This document shows positions 1 through 9,370 of a DNA stretch of 64,000 nt, piece by piece. The DNA is from a virus (lineage: Duplodnaviria > Caudoviricetes): IMG/VR virus record IMGVR_UViG_3300022173_000137, positions 449 to 64,448 of that record; one strand, 5' to 3'. The notes under the pieces were generated by a model. The model did no database searches. It was not told the origin of the DNA and was given only the letters and a program-made list of their open reading frames with translations. The position numbers and the translations under genes are program-made. The stretch's first letter is position 1. Each line of letters begins with the position of its first letter.

Positions 1-75
1 AGCACGACGAACACGCTTCGGTTCCGAAACACGGAACAGCTTGTCGTAGGTCAGTCGCTCTTCGAGATATGACAC
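1..75 (-). CDS. 5' part of a gene running off the window (MSYLEERLTYDKLFRVSEPKRVRRA...), candidate virion/internal protein
   Basis: Read by hand. GTG at 75, open to the window edge, preceded by TAGCTAA-N3 and divergent from sbcC. Confidence 0.5.
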   Translation of the reverse strand, partial: MSYLEERLTYDKLFRVSEPKRVRRA

Positions 76-78
76 ACC

Positions 79-85
79 TTAGCTA
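79..85 (-). promoter_or_regulatory. TANNTAR-class motif (TAGCTAA), 3 nt before GTG 75
   Basis: One of about 14 similar heptamers 3-6 nt upstream of start codons. Confidence 0.5.
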
Positions 86-88
86 CAC

Positions 89-94
89 GTTCTT
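89..94 (+). promoter_or_regulatory. GTTCTT-N6-ATG motif upstream of sbcC
   Basis: GTTCTT-ctccgc-ATG(101). The same spacing recurs at 46246, 49977, 21974, 27633 and 61111. Confidence 0.6.
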
Positions 95-100
95 CTCCGC

Positions 101-2008
101 ATGGCTGACCTGATACTAAAACGCTTTGCGGCTCGCAACTGGATGACGATCAAAGAGACCGAGATTGCCTTCCCTCCTTCTGGGCTGGTCCTGCTCTCCG
201 GCGTGGTGGGCAGCGGCAAGACTGGATTGACCGAGGCGCTGTGCCGGATGCTCTTTGGCGCAGTGGGCCGATTCAACAACTTCGGCGAGTACAGCCTGGA
301 CGAGAAGGGCAACACCTACCTGAAGCTGGAGGTGGAGTTCCGTGGCAAGCCGCTCGTCATCGAGTCGGGCTTCTGCTGCCGTGAGATGTCCCTGACGGGG
401 GAGGCGCTGCGCTACAGCTACGACGGAGGTGCTCCGGTTGAACGCAGCCGCATCGCCGAGACACGCAGCGAGATTAACGGCATCCTTGGAATCAGCCGTG
501 AGCTGGCCGAGTCGCTCATTTGTGTTGACGGTGATCGGCTGAAGTTTAACCGGATGGGCCAGGGCGACCTCGTGGGTCTCGTCATGCAGGTGCTCAACCA
601 GCCTTCGTGGGACGCACACTACCGGAAGGCGCTGGAGAAGCTCAACGCCTTCAAGCGCGATGCGACCGCAGAGACAACTGCCTGCACGACTGCCAGGACT
701 GCGCTCAAGAGCGCGGAGGATGAACTGACCCAGGCCCAGGAAGATCTGCAAGCCGCCATCGACGAGCAGGCAGAGAAGGAGAAGAGCCGTGCCGACAGCC
801 TGGCGGAGTGCGTGAAGCAGATTGCAGCGATTGCCTTGTTCGACGAGGAACTCACCAAGCAGATGGAAGACCTGGAGCACCAGATTAAGCGCAAGGAGAA
901 GCAACTGGCCAAGGAGGAGCACGAGGTCGAGATCCGCCGCAACAACATGGACGATAACGTCACCACGCTGGTGACCCAGCGAGAGAAGCTGCTGGAGACC
1001 AAGACGCGGCTGGAAGGTGCCGTGGAGCGGGCGGAGGATGCCGTGAATGCACTGATGGGTGAACCGGAGTTCTGCCCGAAGTGCAACAAGCCCTGGGACA
1101 AGAAGCATAGTGCCGAGGAGATCGAGAAGGCTCGGAAGGCGCTGGAGGCTGCCGAGGCTGCCTACGAGAAACAGGCGACCATCGTGAAGGCGGCGGATGC
1201 AGACCTGGCGGCTGCTCGTGAGAAGGCCAGGGCGGCTGGCAAGGAGCTGCGCGAGTTCCGGGACAAGTTCAATGTGAAGCAACTGTCGGAAAGCTACGAG
1301 ACCGCAGAGACTCAGGTCACCTCCAACCAGCGCGAGTCGCACCGATGGGAAGTGCAGAAGACACGCTACGAGCAGTCGGTGGACGGCTCGGCAGTAGCGT
1401 CTGCGAAGTCGGTGGTCACCCTCAACACTACGCGGGTGACGGAAGCCGAGCAGGCGGTGAAGACGGCGGCTGAAGCCCTGGCCGAGACCCAGGAAGGATT
1501 GCGCATGATCGAGTATTGGACGAAGGCTTTCAGCCCGAACGGCATTCCCAACATGCTGCTCAACGAGACAGTCGGGCCGCTCAACGACGTGGCCCAGCGC
1601 GTGTCGCACCAGCTCGGTCGTGGCATGATGGAGGTCTGGTTCAGCACGACCAAGAAGCTGGTCAGCGGCGAGCAGAAGCCGCAGCTCAACGTGCAGGTGA
1701 AAAACCGCATGGGCAGCAACAAGGCCAACGGGTGCTCGAAGGGTGAGTCCACACTGACCAACCTCGTCATCCTGGAGAGCCTCTCGGAGCTGGGCCGTGT
1801 TTCATCCCGCGTGGGTCTGCGCATCTTCGACGAGCCGTTCACCAATGCGGATGAGATTGTGGCGCGGGCGCTCTACGCCTACCTCGCGGAACTGGCCAAG
1901 ACCTCGCTCATCTTCCTGGCCGACCACAACGCCGTGGCGAGCAGCTACGCCAACTACATTTTGGGGGTCACGAAGCAGGCCGGTGGAACAGTGTACGCGT
2001 GGCAGTAG
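101..2008 (+). CDS. sbcC: SbcC/Rad50-like (T4 gp46-like) SMC-family ATPase, nuclease subunit
   Basis: Walker A GVVGSGKT, long coiled coils around a CPKC zinc hook, signature CSKGE, Walker B IFDE, H-loop ADH. Confidence 0.9.
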   Translation: MADLILKRFAARNWMTIKETEIAFPPSGLVLLSGVVGSGKTGLTEALCRMLFGAVGRFNNFGEYSLDEKGNTYLKLEVEFRGKPLVIESGFCCREMSLTGEALRYSYDGGAPVERSRIAETRSEINGILGISRELAESLICVDGDRLKFNRMGQGDLVGLVMQVLNQPSWDAHYRKALEKLNAFKRDATAETTACTTARTALKSAEDELTQAQEDLQAAIDEQAEKEKSRADSLAECVKQIAAIALFDEELTKQMEDLEHQIKRKEKQLAKEEHEVEIRRNNMDDNVTTLVTQREKLLETKTRLEGAVERAEDAVNALMGEPEFCPKCNKPWDKKHSAEEIEKARKALEAAEAAYEKQATIVKAADADLAAAREKARAAGKELREFRDKFNVKQLSESYETAETQVTSNQRESHRWEVQKTRYEQSVDGSAVASAKSVVTLNTTRVTEAEQAVKTAAEALAETQEGLRMIEYWTKAFSPNGIPNMLLNETVGPLNDVAQRVSHQLGRGMMEVWFSTTKKLVSGEQKPQLNVQVKNRMGSNKANGCSKGESTLTNLVILESLSELGRVSSRVGLRIFDEPFTNADEIVARALYAYLAELAKTSLIFLADHNAVASSYANYILGVTKQAGGTVYAWQ

Positions 2009-2012
2009 TTAG
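2006..2012 (+). promoter_or_regulatory. TAGTTAG-N5-ATG motif (candidate late promoter)
   Basis: TAGTTAG-cgtgt-ATG(2018). It overlaps the sbcC stop codon. Confidence 0.45.
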
Positions 2013-2017
2013 CGTGT

Positions 2018-2371
2018 ATGATCGCTCACGTCACAGACGGCCAAGTTGTTGGTGAAACAGTTGCCACCCTGTTCAGCACGATCCAGCAAGGGCCGGTGTC
2101 CATGCTGGTGGTGTTCAAGAACAGCGGTGTCAACACGATGAACTACCGCCTCCAGGAGTTCAACGGCACCGCCTTCGTGGACATGGGCACCGCTGGCACC
2201 GACTACTACAACACGCTTTCTCCGAACGAGGTGAAGTCCTTCAAGGTGACCAGCTCTTACGCCCAGGTGCAACTGGTCGGCAACGCCAGCGGCGGCGCGT
2301 TCCTGGAATTCTCCGTCACCCGCTACACCAACCGCAGCTCAGGCGGCTCCATCCCGATCCTGAGCCTGTAA
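2018..2371 (+). CDS. Hypothetical beta-rich protein, probably virion structural
   Basis: 117 aa, G/S/T/V-rich, TAGTTAG upstream, abuts the next gene. Confidence 0.6.
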   Translation: MIAHVTDGQVVGETVATLFSTIQQGPVSMLVVFKNSGVNTMNYRLQEFNGTAFVDMGTAGTDYYNTLSPNEVKSFKVTSSYAQVQLVGNASGGAFLEFSVTRYTNRSSGGSIPILSL

Positions 2372-2703
2372 TGGCTGACGCGTTAAAAATCCTCGGTCAA
2401 GCCCGGCCCGCAGCCGGTGCGCTCGAAGTCCTCTACACGGTCCCGCTCGGCGCGCAGTGTACGGTCACGTCCCTCTTCGTCTGCAACACCAGCGGTGGAA
2501 GCACCGCCTTCACCGTCGAAGTGGCTCGTGGTGGTGCTGAATCCTCTCTCCTTCAAGCCATCCACTACGCTGACTCTCTCGCATCCAACAGCACGTTCCC
2601 CGTGGCCGCTCCCATCATGCTGTCCTCGACTGACCTGATTCGGGTGAAGTCCAGCGATGGCAACTGCTCCTTCACGGCGACCGGCCTGGAGATGACGGGC
2701 TAG
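2371..2703 (+). CDS. Small phage structural-type protein (LYTVP...VTSLFVCN family)
   Basis: 110 aa. The pattern resembles small beta-sandwich tail/virion proteins. TAATG stop/start overlap. Confidence 0.6.
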   Translation: MADALKILGQARPAAGALEVLYTVPLGAQCTVTSLFVCNTSGGSTAFTVEVARGGAESSLLQAIHYADSLASNSTFPVAAPIMLSSTDLIRVKSSDGNCSFTATGLEMTG

Positions 2704-3011
2704 ACCCTGCGTCCTAACAGGAAGCTGCGCGAGAGGCTGAACGCCTGGGTTCCAAATCCGAAGATGCTGATGTCCACCCGCGTGAGATGCGACCATTCGT
2801 CATTCACGTTGGCCGTGGGCGGCTGGGCCGAGTTGTCTAGCAGCGCGACGAACTGCGTCTGCGTGTAGGTCACCACGTCGCTGACCGAGTAAAAGGTGTC
2901 CTCCACCCAGTCTCCCCTGTTGCGCAACATCGTGCCGGTGGCCTGCACGAGCGTCCCGTTGGATGTATAAACGAAGTTGTCGGTCGCGGCGAACGTGAAC
3001 GGGACTGCCAT
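2700..3011 (-). CDS. Small protein with a carbohydrate-binding-module-like motif
   Basis: RGDW...Y.V.DVVTY....FVAL...W pattern, as in CBM5/12-like tail-associated domains. TATCTAG-N3 upstream. Confidence 0.55.
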   Translation of the reverse strand: MAVPFTFAATDNFVYTSNGTLVQATGTMLRNRGDWVEDTFYSVSDVVTYTQTQFVALLDNSAQPPTANVNDEWSHLTRVDISIFGFGTQAFSLSRSFLLGRRV

Positions 3012-3023
3012 AGCCTAGATACG

Positions 3024-3055
3024 AAAAGACCCGGCCCGTTGTGACAGGCCGGGTC
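3024..3055 (-). terminator. Intrinsic terminator
   Basis: Stem GACCCGGCC (3028-3036) / GGCCGGGTC (3047-3055) followed by TTTT on the minus strand, downstream of 3078..3410. Confidence 0.7.
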
Positions 3056-3077
3056 AGTGTGACCAATGACCGAGAGC

Positions 3078-3410
3078 TTACTTGGGTTCGGGCGTGCCAG
3101 CAGCGATGCCGACCGTGGTTGCCTCAGCGGGGCGCACGTCGATGTCGATGGTGGCCGTGACTTCACGGATTTCGGCTTCGCCTGGATCGAGATCCGCGTC
3201 AGCAGTGACGGAGACCTGAGCCGTGCCCAGAGGGCCGACCGTGGTTGCCACGGCACTCATGCCGTCCGCAGCCACTTCGAGGGAGATGATTGCCGTGTCC
3301 GAGGACGCCCACACGGGGACGCCATCAACCACTGCGGGATTGCCAGCAGCCGTCTTGAAGGAGACGGTCAGCGACACCTTTTGTTCGTCGGTAAGGATGA
3401 TTTGAGCCAT
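3078..3410 (-). CDS. Ig-like domain protein (virion decoration-type)
   Basis: 110 aa with V.W.SSD..I..L.V..DG.SA...G.A.V.V.A, typical of bacterial Ig-like folds. Confidence 0.6.
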   Translation of the reverse strand: MAQIILTDEQKVSLTVSFKTAAGNPAVVDGVPVWASSDTAIISLEVAADGMSAVATTVGPLGTAQVSVTADADLDPGEAEIREVTATIDIDVRPAEATTVGIAAGTPEPK

Positions 3411-3415
3411 ACGTT

Positions 3416-3550
3416 TTACTTGTTCGTTACCGGCCCGATGCGGATCATTGCTGTGACACCGGGCCTGGGTTTAGGACTACGGCTGATCCGCCCGAAGATG
3501 AACCCCAGGGAGAAAAGCACCGCAGCCAGCAGTACCCAGATCAGCCACAT
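3416..3550 (-). CDS. Small single-TM membrane protein (44 aa, not in ORF track)
   Basis: MWLIWVLLAAVLFSLGFIFGRISRSPKPRPGVTAMIRIGPVTNK; TAGTTAA-N3-ATG upstream. Confidence 0.6.
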   Translation of the reverse strand: MWLIWVLLAAVLFSLGFIFGRISRSPKPRPGVTAMIRIGPVTNK

Positions 3551-3553
3551 GCC

Positions 3554-3581
3554 TTAACTACAGTCCGTGCCGCATAGTTAG
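3554..3581. promoter_or_regulatory. Back-to-back TAGTTAA(-)/TAGTTAG(+) motifs in a divergent gap
   Basis: 3554-3560 on the minus strand and 3575-3581 on the plus strand, each 3 nt from an ATG (3550, 3585). Confidence 0.6.
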
Positions 3582-3584
3582 TGC

Positions 3585-3734
3585 ATGGCCTTACCAACCA
3601 GCACCGACGTGGGTCAGCCCGTCACCGACATCACCGATGAATCGCTCGTCGCGGCAGAAATTGTCCGCACCAGCACGAGCACCGGCCAGCATGTGACCTA
3701 CGTGCCTGCCAATGGCGGCGTGGACGACCGATGA
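3585..3734 (+). CDS. Small acidic protein (49 aa, not in ORF track)
   Basis: MALPTSTDVGQPVTDITDESLVAAEIVRTSTSTGQHVTYVPANGGVDDR; ATGA overlap with 3731. Confidence 0.55.
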   Translation: MALPTSTDVGQPVTDITDESLVAAEIVRTSTSTGQHVTYVPANGGVDDR

Positions 3735-4492
3735 TCGCCAAGCATCTCATTCTGGAGCAGGACGAGGGGCCGTCGCCTATCGAGTCCACGTCGGACAATG
3801 AGTCCAAGCTTTACCTGTTCGGGAAAGACCTTCCGGCCAACGGCTACCGGGTGACTTCGCGTGGGGTGGGAGTGTTCGATGCCTTGCGCAAACGGACGGT
3901 CAACCATCCCGTCTTGCGCACCCTGGGTGCCATGAACGAGAAGGAGGCCATCAACTCCCTCGTGCGAAACGGCTACGCGGTCGCCATCCAGTACATGCCT
4001 GGCGCGTTCAGTGGCCGGTATGGGGACGGGATCGTCATCGCCTCCAACGAGAAGGTAAGGCTCCCGGAGAATGTGGTCCGCAATTTCAGCGTGGAGGCCG
4101 TCACACCAGTCTTCTACTTCAACGGTGAGAAGACCAAGCGCCTCCCGTTCAAGGAATACATGGGGCAGGATCTCACTGCGGATGAGCAGCTCGTGTGGGA
4201 CTCAGTGGAGATGTCACTGGGCGAGATGCCTCCCAACGGGGTTGGCTACTCAGAGCAGCCTGGCGCGCAGTATCACGACCCAGATGCCGAGGCTCAGCCT
4301 GCGGACTATCAGGAGAGGGGTTCGCCTACTGTGCGGGGCAGTGAGTTCCCGGAGAACCAGCCCAAGCCGCCTCCGAAGAAGCCTGAGCCTGAGCCGGAAC
4401 CGAGCCGCCTTGTTTCAACACCCGCACGCAACGTGCGGTCCACGGAGAGGTATGAGTCCGCCGCCCAGGTCGTGCAGCGGCTGCTCGATTAG
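3731..4492 (+). CDS. Hypothetical protein, candidate internal head protein
   Basis: N-terminus MIAKHLILEQDE is nearly identical to that of 46898. Pro-rich C-terminal region. Confidence 0.7.
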   Translation: MIAKHLILEQDEGPSPIESTSDNESKLYLFGKDLPANGYRVTSRGVGVFDALRKRTVNHPVLRTLGAMNEKEAINSLVRNGYAVAIQYMPGAFSGRYGDGIVIASNEKVRLPENVVRNFSVEAVTPVFYFNGEKTKRLPFKEYMGQDLTADEQLVWDSVEMSLGEMPPNGVGYSEQPGAQYHDPDAEAQPADYQERGSPTVRGSEFPENQPKPPPKKPEPEPEPSRLVSTPARNVRSTERYESAAQVVQRLLD

Positions 4493-5412
4493 ACGTGCTG
4501 TTTGCGAAGACCTTTGAAGGTCGCAGACTCTGGCACGAGCATTGGATCACGCTCGTCAATCATATTGTTCCACACGACGGCCAGCTCCTCGTGGCTCCAG
4601 CGGCGATTGATCAAGCCGAGCACCACTTCCGCCATCTGATCCTGGAGCTTGATGCTCATGTCCTTGAACTCCATCGTGACGAACTCGATGTCCTCGCGAG
4701 TAAAAGTCGGAAGGCTCTCGTCGGTGTGGGCAAGCCTCACCCGGCGCATCACACTCGGCTCAATCCGTTCCCACATCTCGCAGTTCCACTTCGTCGCCGC
4801 TGCCAGCTTGATGACCTCGGTATCCCAGTTGTTCGCAGGCAGGCACCAGTAGGTCAGGGCCGCAGCAATCGCGACCAGGACGAAGAGCACCGCAATCTGC
4901 ACCGCGTTCAGGCTGTAGCCGAGAGCGAGGAACGTCACCAAGAGGGCGCTGACAATTACGCCACAGCCCCAGAGACGGCGAACCTTGTAGCCACAGAACA
5001 TGAACAGGCTGATTGCGACGGCCACCTGCCAGGCCCAGATTTGAAAGCTTCCGAAGAGTCCGAAGGCGTTGATCAGCATGGTCAACGCATAAGCTGCCGC
5101 CGCACCTAAAAAGGCATACATGAATGCGTATTTGCTCCTTCCATGAGTGGACGCCGCAGCCAGGGCAGGCAGGTAAACGAGCATCGAAACCAACATGACC
5201 GCCAGTGGCGCGGGTTCGGACCCGATGGGCTGTGCCCCAAATACCGCCAGGTCCGGCACAAGGTCATAGCCAACTGTTACTGCCACCAACAGCGTGGTGA
5301 ACATGACTCCGGCTCCGAACAGGGTGCGTCCCGACGCGGTAGCAACCAAGAAGAGGCCGGTCAGGGCCGGGAAGAACATTGCACATGCACCTAAAATCAA
5401 GAATGCGATCAT
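4489..5412 (-). CDS. Polytopic membrane protein with a C-terminal soluble domain
   Basis: Roughly 8-9 hydrophobic segments in the first ~190 aa; has its own sigma70-like promoter. Confidence 0.75.
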   Translation of the reverse strand: MIAFLILGACAMFFPALTGLFLVATASGRTLFGAGVMFTTLLVAVTVGYDLVPDLAVFGAQPIGSEPAPLAVMLVSMLVYLPALAAASTHGRSKYAFMYAFLGAAAAYALTMLINAFGLFGSFQIWAWQVAVAISLFMFCGYKVRRLWGCGVIVSALLVTFLALGYSLNAVQIAVLFVLVAIAAALTYWCLPANNWDTEVIKLAAATKWNCEMWERIEPSVMRRVRLAHTDESLPTFTREDIEFVTMEFKDMSIKLQDQMAEVVLGLINRRWSHEELAVVWNNMIDERDPMLVPESATFKGLRKQHV

Positions 5413-5417
5413 GTCCT

Positions 5418-5458
5418 ACTGTAACATCCACACGATGTCTGTCAATGGTATTGTTTAA
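5418..5458 (-). promoter_or_regulatory. Sigma70-like promoter (TTGACA-16-TG.TACAGT-N5-ATG) with an overlapping operator-like 18-mer
   Basis: Minus strand reads ttaaacaataccaTTGACAgacatcgtgtggatgtTACAGTaggacATG. The 18-mer GTCAAT-GGTATT-GTTTAA is at 5441-5458. Confidence 0.6.
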
Positions 5459-5507
5459 TGAGAAGCCTGCCAACGAGAGGCTGATGCCAGGCCGGTAATT
5501 AGGTGAA

Positions 5508-7730
5508 ATGGCAACAAGCCTAGATGAAGTACACGCTAGTTTCGCCCGGATCTACGACCAGGTGAACAGGTCCGCGCTCAAGCTGGACATGGTGGCCGAC
5601 CGTATTGACAGGATCTCGACTGTATCGTCCAAGTGGTCAGCCGCCTTCGGCATGAAGGAGGCTTCCGGCTTCTTTGACAAGATGCGGATGGGGCTGACTC
5701 AATCCAAGGAGACGTTGGAAGAGATTACCCAGCAGCTCGAAGGTGAGCACAGAGAAGCCTACGATGACCTGCTAAAAGCCGTCAGGTCAGGTGACGCGCT
5801 TGCTACTCGATCAGCAGGCTTGCGATTGAACGCAGTTCAGCACGAAGAGCGTTCGCACCAGGCCATCTACCGCGTCAAAGTGGCCTCCGAGAAGCTGGAC
5901 CTCAAAGCCGTGGCTGCCGCCACCGTCGCAGGGAGGCTCCTGAAGGACTCCTTTGAAACTTACTCCGACATCAACGCGGCGCTCATCGGTGCGGACAGCA
6001 ACCGGCTCGGTCTGGCCAAGAGCATTCTCCAGACGCAGCGTGAGACCGGCGTCGGGCTGAAGTCAGCAACCGAGGCAGCAACCGCTCTGGTCAATCGTGG
6101 CTATGACCTGGACAAGAACTTCCAGTCCACCACCAAGACCGTGGTGCAGATGAAGGAGGCGCTAGGCGTCTCTGTTGACTCCGCCGCTGAGCTGGCGGCA
6201 ATCACTGAGCGGCGGCTCGGCGCGTCGTTCCGTGGCGTCGCGGATGCAGTGGCGCGCACAGTCAAAGACACGGGCCTGGCGGCAGGTAAGGCCGTGGACC
6301 TCGCCACGCAGTTGGCCAAGTCCGCAGCCATCTTCCGCAAGGGCTTCACCGACGAGCTGCCGCGTGTGACAGAAGTCATCCTGCGGCTTGAAGGCGCGTT
6401 GCAGGAACTCGGCGGCGAGACTGGTCTGTTCAGCGGCTTCCTCACTCGGCTCACCACGTTGGAAGGCATGGCCAGCTCTGGCGTCCTCGGCGTGCAGTCG
6501 CCGGAGTTTATGAAGAGCGAGCAGGCGACCAAGCAGGTCATCGACAGCTTCGCTAATTACGCCAAGCAGACGGTCGGCGACTCTCGTGGCTGGGAGCGCG
6601 TGCTGCGCCTGGAAGCCCTGGCTCAGCAGTTCGGCACAACCGCGCAGCAGGCCGACCAGATGATGCAGGCATTGGAGCGCCGCGAGCAACAGCAGGAGCG
6701 GATGACCGACTTGGAGAAGATGTTCGAGGAGCAGATGCGCGAGAGCGGCAAGGGACTGTCGCAGTTGAAAGAGGGTCTGGGTGCCTTGATGAGAGAGTCG
6801 CTCGCACCGTTCGTCGTAATCTTCAATGGTCTCGTCGGAGTGCTAAACAAAGGCGTTCAGGCACTGAACAGCTACAAGGGCGTGGCAATGGCATTGACCG
6901 GCGTGATGGGCATCGGAATGGCCTACGTCACGATAAAGCTTACCGGGAGCATGTATCGTCTGGCCGCAGCAATGGCGCAGGCAGCCGTCACGTCAGCCCT
7001 GCTGGAGAAATCCGTCTCTGGAAAGGGTGGATCGATTGCCAACCTGGCGGGCCTGCTCAAGAGTCCGCTCGGTCCAAACTTCCTGGGTTCGTTCTCCGGC
7101 ATCTTGAAAGGTGGCCTGGCTCCCGTCGTGGCCAGGCTCGGCCTGATCGGTGCCGCTGCCGCTGCGGGTGCCACTGCTGGCTTCGCGATCCACAAGATGA
7201 TGGAACGAACCTTCGACAAGATCAACGAGTCGAAGGCGAAGCTGACCATCCGTGGCGAGGAAGGCATGGAGGGCGCGCTGCGCCGCCGCATCATCCGCGA
7301 GACCACCGAAGGCGTGCTGTCGCGTGAGAGCCTCAACGACATCCAGTCCAAGGCACGGAGCCACTTCAAGACGCAGGGTCTGGGTGGTGCCCGGCTCGAA
7401 GACGCCGTGACGAAGTTCCTGGAGAAAGGCGTGCAGGTCGCAGGCGAAGCGCGTTACATGTCCGAGATGAACCGCTCGGCCACCGGCTTCACCGAGCGCG
7501 AGAAGAAGCAGAACGACCAGAGCCTGCAAAGCCTGAAGGCCATCGAGCACGTCGCCACGGCGCAGAAGATTGCGACCGAGAAGATGGCGGAGGAGCAGCG
7601 CGAGGCACGCCGTCAGGGCCGCGACGTTGAGGGCGACATGAACCGTCAGATGATTCTGAACCGTGGCAAGTTCGGCTTCATGGACTACGTTAAATGGGCC
7701 TCCACGGGCCAGGGAACTCCTGCACAATGA
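5508..7730 (+). CDS. Tail tape measure protein
   Basis: 740 aa, Ala/Leu/Gly-rich helical protein with hydrophobic middle segments, directly upstream of a tube/baseplate-like gene. Confidence 0.75.
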   Translation: MATSLDEVHASFARIYDQVNRSALKLDMVADRIDRISTVSSKWSAAFGMKEASGFFDKMRMGLTQSKETLEEITQQLEGEHREAYDDLLKAVRSGDALATRSAGLRLNAVQHEERSHQAIYRVKVASEKLDLKAVAAATVAGRLLKDSFETYSDINAALIGADSNRLGLAKSILQTQRETGVGLKSATEAATALVNRGYDLDKNFQSTTKTVVQMKEALGVSVDSAAELAAITERRLGASFRGVADAVARTVKDTGLAAGKAVDLATQLAKSAAIFRKGFTDELPRVTEVILRLEGALQELGGETGLFSGFLTRLTTLEGMASSGVLGVQSPEFMKSEQATKQVIDSFANYAKQTVGDSRGWERVLRLEALAQQFGTTAQQADQMMQALERREQQQERMTDLEKMFEEQMRESGKGLSQLKEGLGALMRESLAPFVVIFNGLVGVLNKGVQALNSYKGVAMALTGVMGIGMAYVTIKLTGSMYRLAAAMAQAAVTSALLEKSVSGKGGSIANLAGLLKSPLGPNFLGSFSGILKGGLAPVVARLGLIGAAAAAGATAGFAIHKMMERTFDKINESKAKLTIRGEEGMEGALRRRIIRETTEGVLSRESLNDIQSKARSHFKTQGLGGARLEDAVTKFLEKGVQVAGEARYMSEMNRSATGFTEREKKQNDQSLQSLKAIEHVATAQKIATEKMAEEQREARRQGRDVEGDMNRQMILNRGKFGFMDYVKWASTGQGTPAQ

Positions 7731-8581
7731 GTGAACCACGCAAAGTCTCCAGCAACGGCCCGGACCAGTTCATCCGGCGCGAACGGACGTTCCCCTTCTG
7801 CGGTCGTCTCATTGCGCTCCCCACGAGCAGCGTGATGCGGCCCGCCGACAGCGACCTCAACCTGGACAACCAGGTCTCCATCGACTTCCCCGGAATGCCC
7901 GACAGCCTGGAGCTGGCCCGCTCGACGAACTACAACGTCCTGCCCAACTTCCTGCTGCCCGATGGCGTCCACCAGTACCGGCACACCGAGCCGCTCCAGA
8001 TCCCGTTCAGCTTCCGGCTCCACTACCTCGACCTGGAGTTCTGCCCGCAGGGCGCGCTCACCCTGGTGAAGATGGCGGCGCGTCTCCACTCCTTCGTGCT
8101 GCCCATCAAGGTCGGTACCGGCGAGGTCGAGATCAGCGCCCAGGTGGAACCAGAGGCAGCTCCCTCCGGCCACGAGGCGTCCCAGGAGCGGCAGGCCGCG
8201 ACGGCAGCGGGTTCGCTCGCGGTCGAGCAGACGGGCGGCGAGCAGGTGGTGGCACCTGTGACCTGCCGTCTCGAAATCTTCCTCTCCAGCAAGGACGGCA
8301 TCGGCGTCTGCTGCAACGGCTACGTGCGCGACGTGAACGTGAAGCTCAACGGTCCCTGGCTGCGCGGCCCCGGCAGCGGCTACAACCTGCCCACCTCCGG
8401 TGACTTCTCCTTCACCTTCATCCACCGGCCTGGACACGGGAACAGCTTCAACTTCAAGGCGAGCCAGCCCGGCTCCCAGCTCGGCACCCAGCCGCAGGCG
8501 TACGCGGGCGTCGTGAAGGCCGGTCTCTACAACACGCGCAGTCTCGTGAAGGTGGCCAGCTACCGGGGCTTCTCCCAATAA
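7727..8581 (+). CDS. Putative tail tube/baseplate-associated protein
   Basis: ATGA overlap with the tape measure gene (start 7727). The Y....PDG..QY..T....IPFSFRL pattern resembles contractile-tail tube-initiator proteins. Confidence 0.5.
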   Translation: MSEPRKVSSNGPDQFIRRERTFPFCGRLIALPTSSVMRPADSDLNLDNQVSIDFPGMPDSLELARSTNYNVLPNFLLPDGVHQYRHTEPLQIPFSFRLHYLDLEFCPQGALTLVKMAARLHSFVLPIKVGTGEVEISAQVEPEAAPSGHEASQERQAATAAGSLAVEQTGGEQVVAPVTCRLEIFLSSKDGIGVCCNGYVRDVNVKLNGPWLRGPGSGYNLPTSGDFSFTFIHRPGHGNSFNFKASQPGSQLGTQPQAYAGVVKAGLYNTRSLVKVASYRGFSQ

Positions 8582-8591
8582 GTCTTTTCCA

Positions 8592-8619
8592 TTGACGGTC
8601 ATCTGCTCGGTGTTACATT
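8592..8619 (+). promoter_or_regulatory. Sigma70-like leaderless promoter TTGACG-16-TG.TACATT-N6-ATG
   Basis: ATG at 8626. Shares the 14-mer TTGACGGTCATCTG with the site at 14784. Confidence 0.7.
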
Positions 8620-8625
8620 CCACGA

Positions 8626-8871
8626 ATGTTTACGCCATCCGAGATGCTGGTCGTTGAAGAGGTGTTTGATAACCTCAACACCATGCTGGCCAACAGCGGC
8701 TGCACTGACATTCAGGTTCCAAACACCCCGGAGCATCACGCATTCATTCGCGGCGTCTTGGACACGCACGAAGACCCGGACATTGAGATGCCGACTGAAC
8801 GCACCGCCCACCTGAACATGGAGGAGATTCTGAAGTACGTGCTGGCCCGGATAAAGCAGGCCAAGCCGTGA
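8626..8871 (+). CDS. Hypothetical protein
   Basis: 81 aa, first gene after a clear promoter, GTGA overlap with the next gene. Confidence 0.65.
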   Translation: MFTPSEMLVVEEVFDNLNTMLANSGCTDIQVPNTPEHHAFIRGVLDTHEDPDIEMPTERTAHLNMEEILKYVLARIKQAKP

Positions 8872-9056
8872 GCACGTCTCTCAAAATCTCCGGGCATCAG
8901 CGTCATGCCCTGCGCACCCTCGCTGACACCGAGACCGGCCCTACCCTGCACGTCCTGGATGCCCGCACGGTGAGTTCGCTCTTCCGCAGGCGGCTCATCA
9001 AGCACGGGCCGCATGGCACCCGCCTCCTGACCCGCAAAGGAAAAAGCTTCGTATGA
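8868..9056 (+). CDS. Small basic protein, possible winged-helix
   Basis: 62 aa, SLFRRRLI...LLTRKG, coupled by overlaps. Confidence 0.55.
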   Translation: MSTSLKISGHQRHALRTLADTETGPTLHVLDARTVSSLFRRRLIKHGPHGTRLLTRKGKSFV

Positions 9057-9370
9057 TCCTGAATCCCATCTACGCGATGCTGCACAACACTTCGACCGAC
9101 CGCTGGCATCCCATCATCTTCGCCGAGCGACCGTTCCCAGGACCGCAGAATCAGGAAATGGCCGTGCGTCACAAGTCTTCCGGCCATCACACGGTCGGAT
9201 ACGACACTCGCGAGGAAGCTCTGAAATGGATTGAGGACAACCGGGTCAAGACACCCGGCTCCAGGCTGTGCGTGGAGAAGGCGTTCGCCTGGGACGGCAA
9301 AGACGTTCCAGCTATGACCGTTCTGTTCGCGGAGCAGAACGATGAACTCGTTCCAGCCATCGTATTATGA
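9053..9370 (+). CDS. Hypothetical protein
   Basis: 105 aa, ATGA overlaps at both ends. Confidence 0.65.
   Translation: MILNPIYAMLHNTSTDRWHPIIFAERPFPGPQNQEMAVRHKSSGHHTVGYDTREEALKWIEDNRVKTPGSRLCVEKAFAWDGKDVPAMTVLFAEQNDELVPAIVL

Noticed and set aside
116-1609. Long antisense ORF (497 aa)
   Set aside because: It is a shadow of sbcC caused by GC-rich codon bias and has no motifs.
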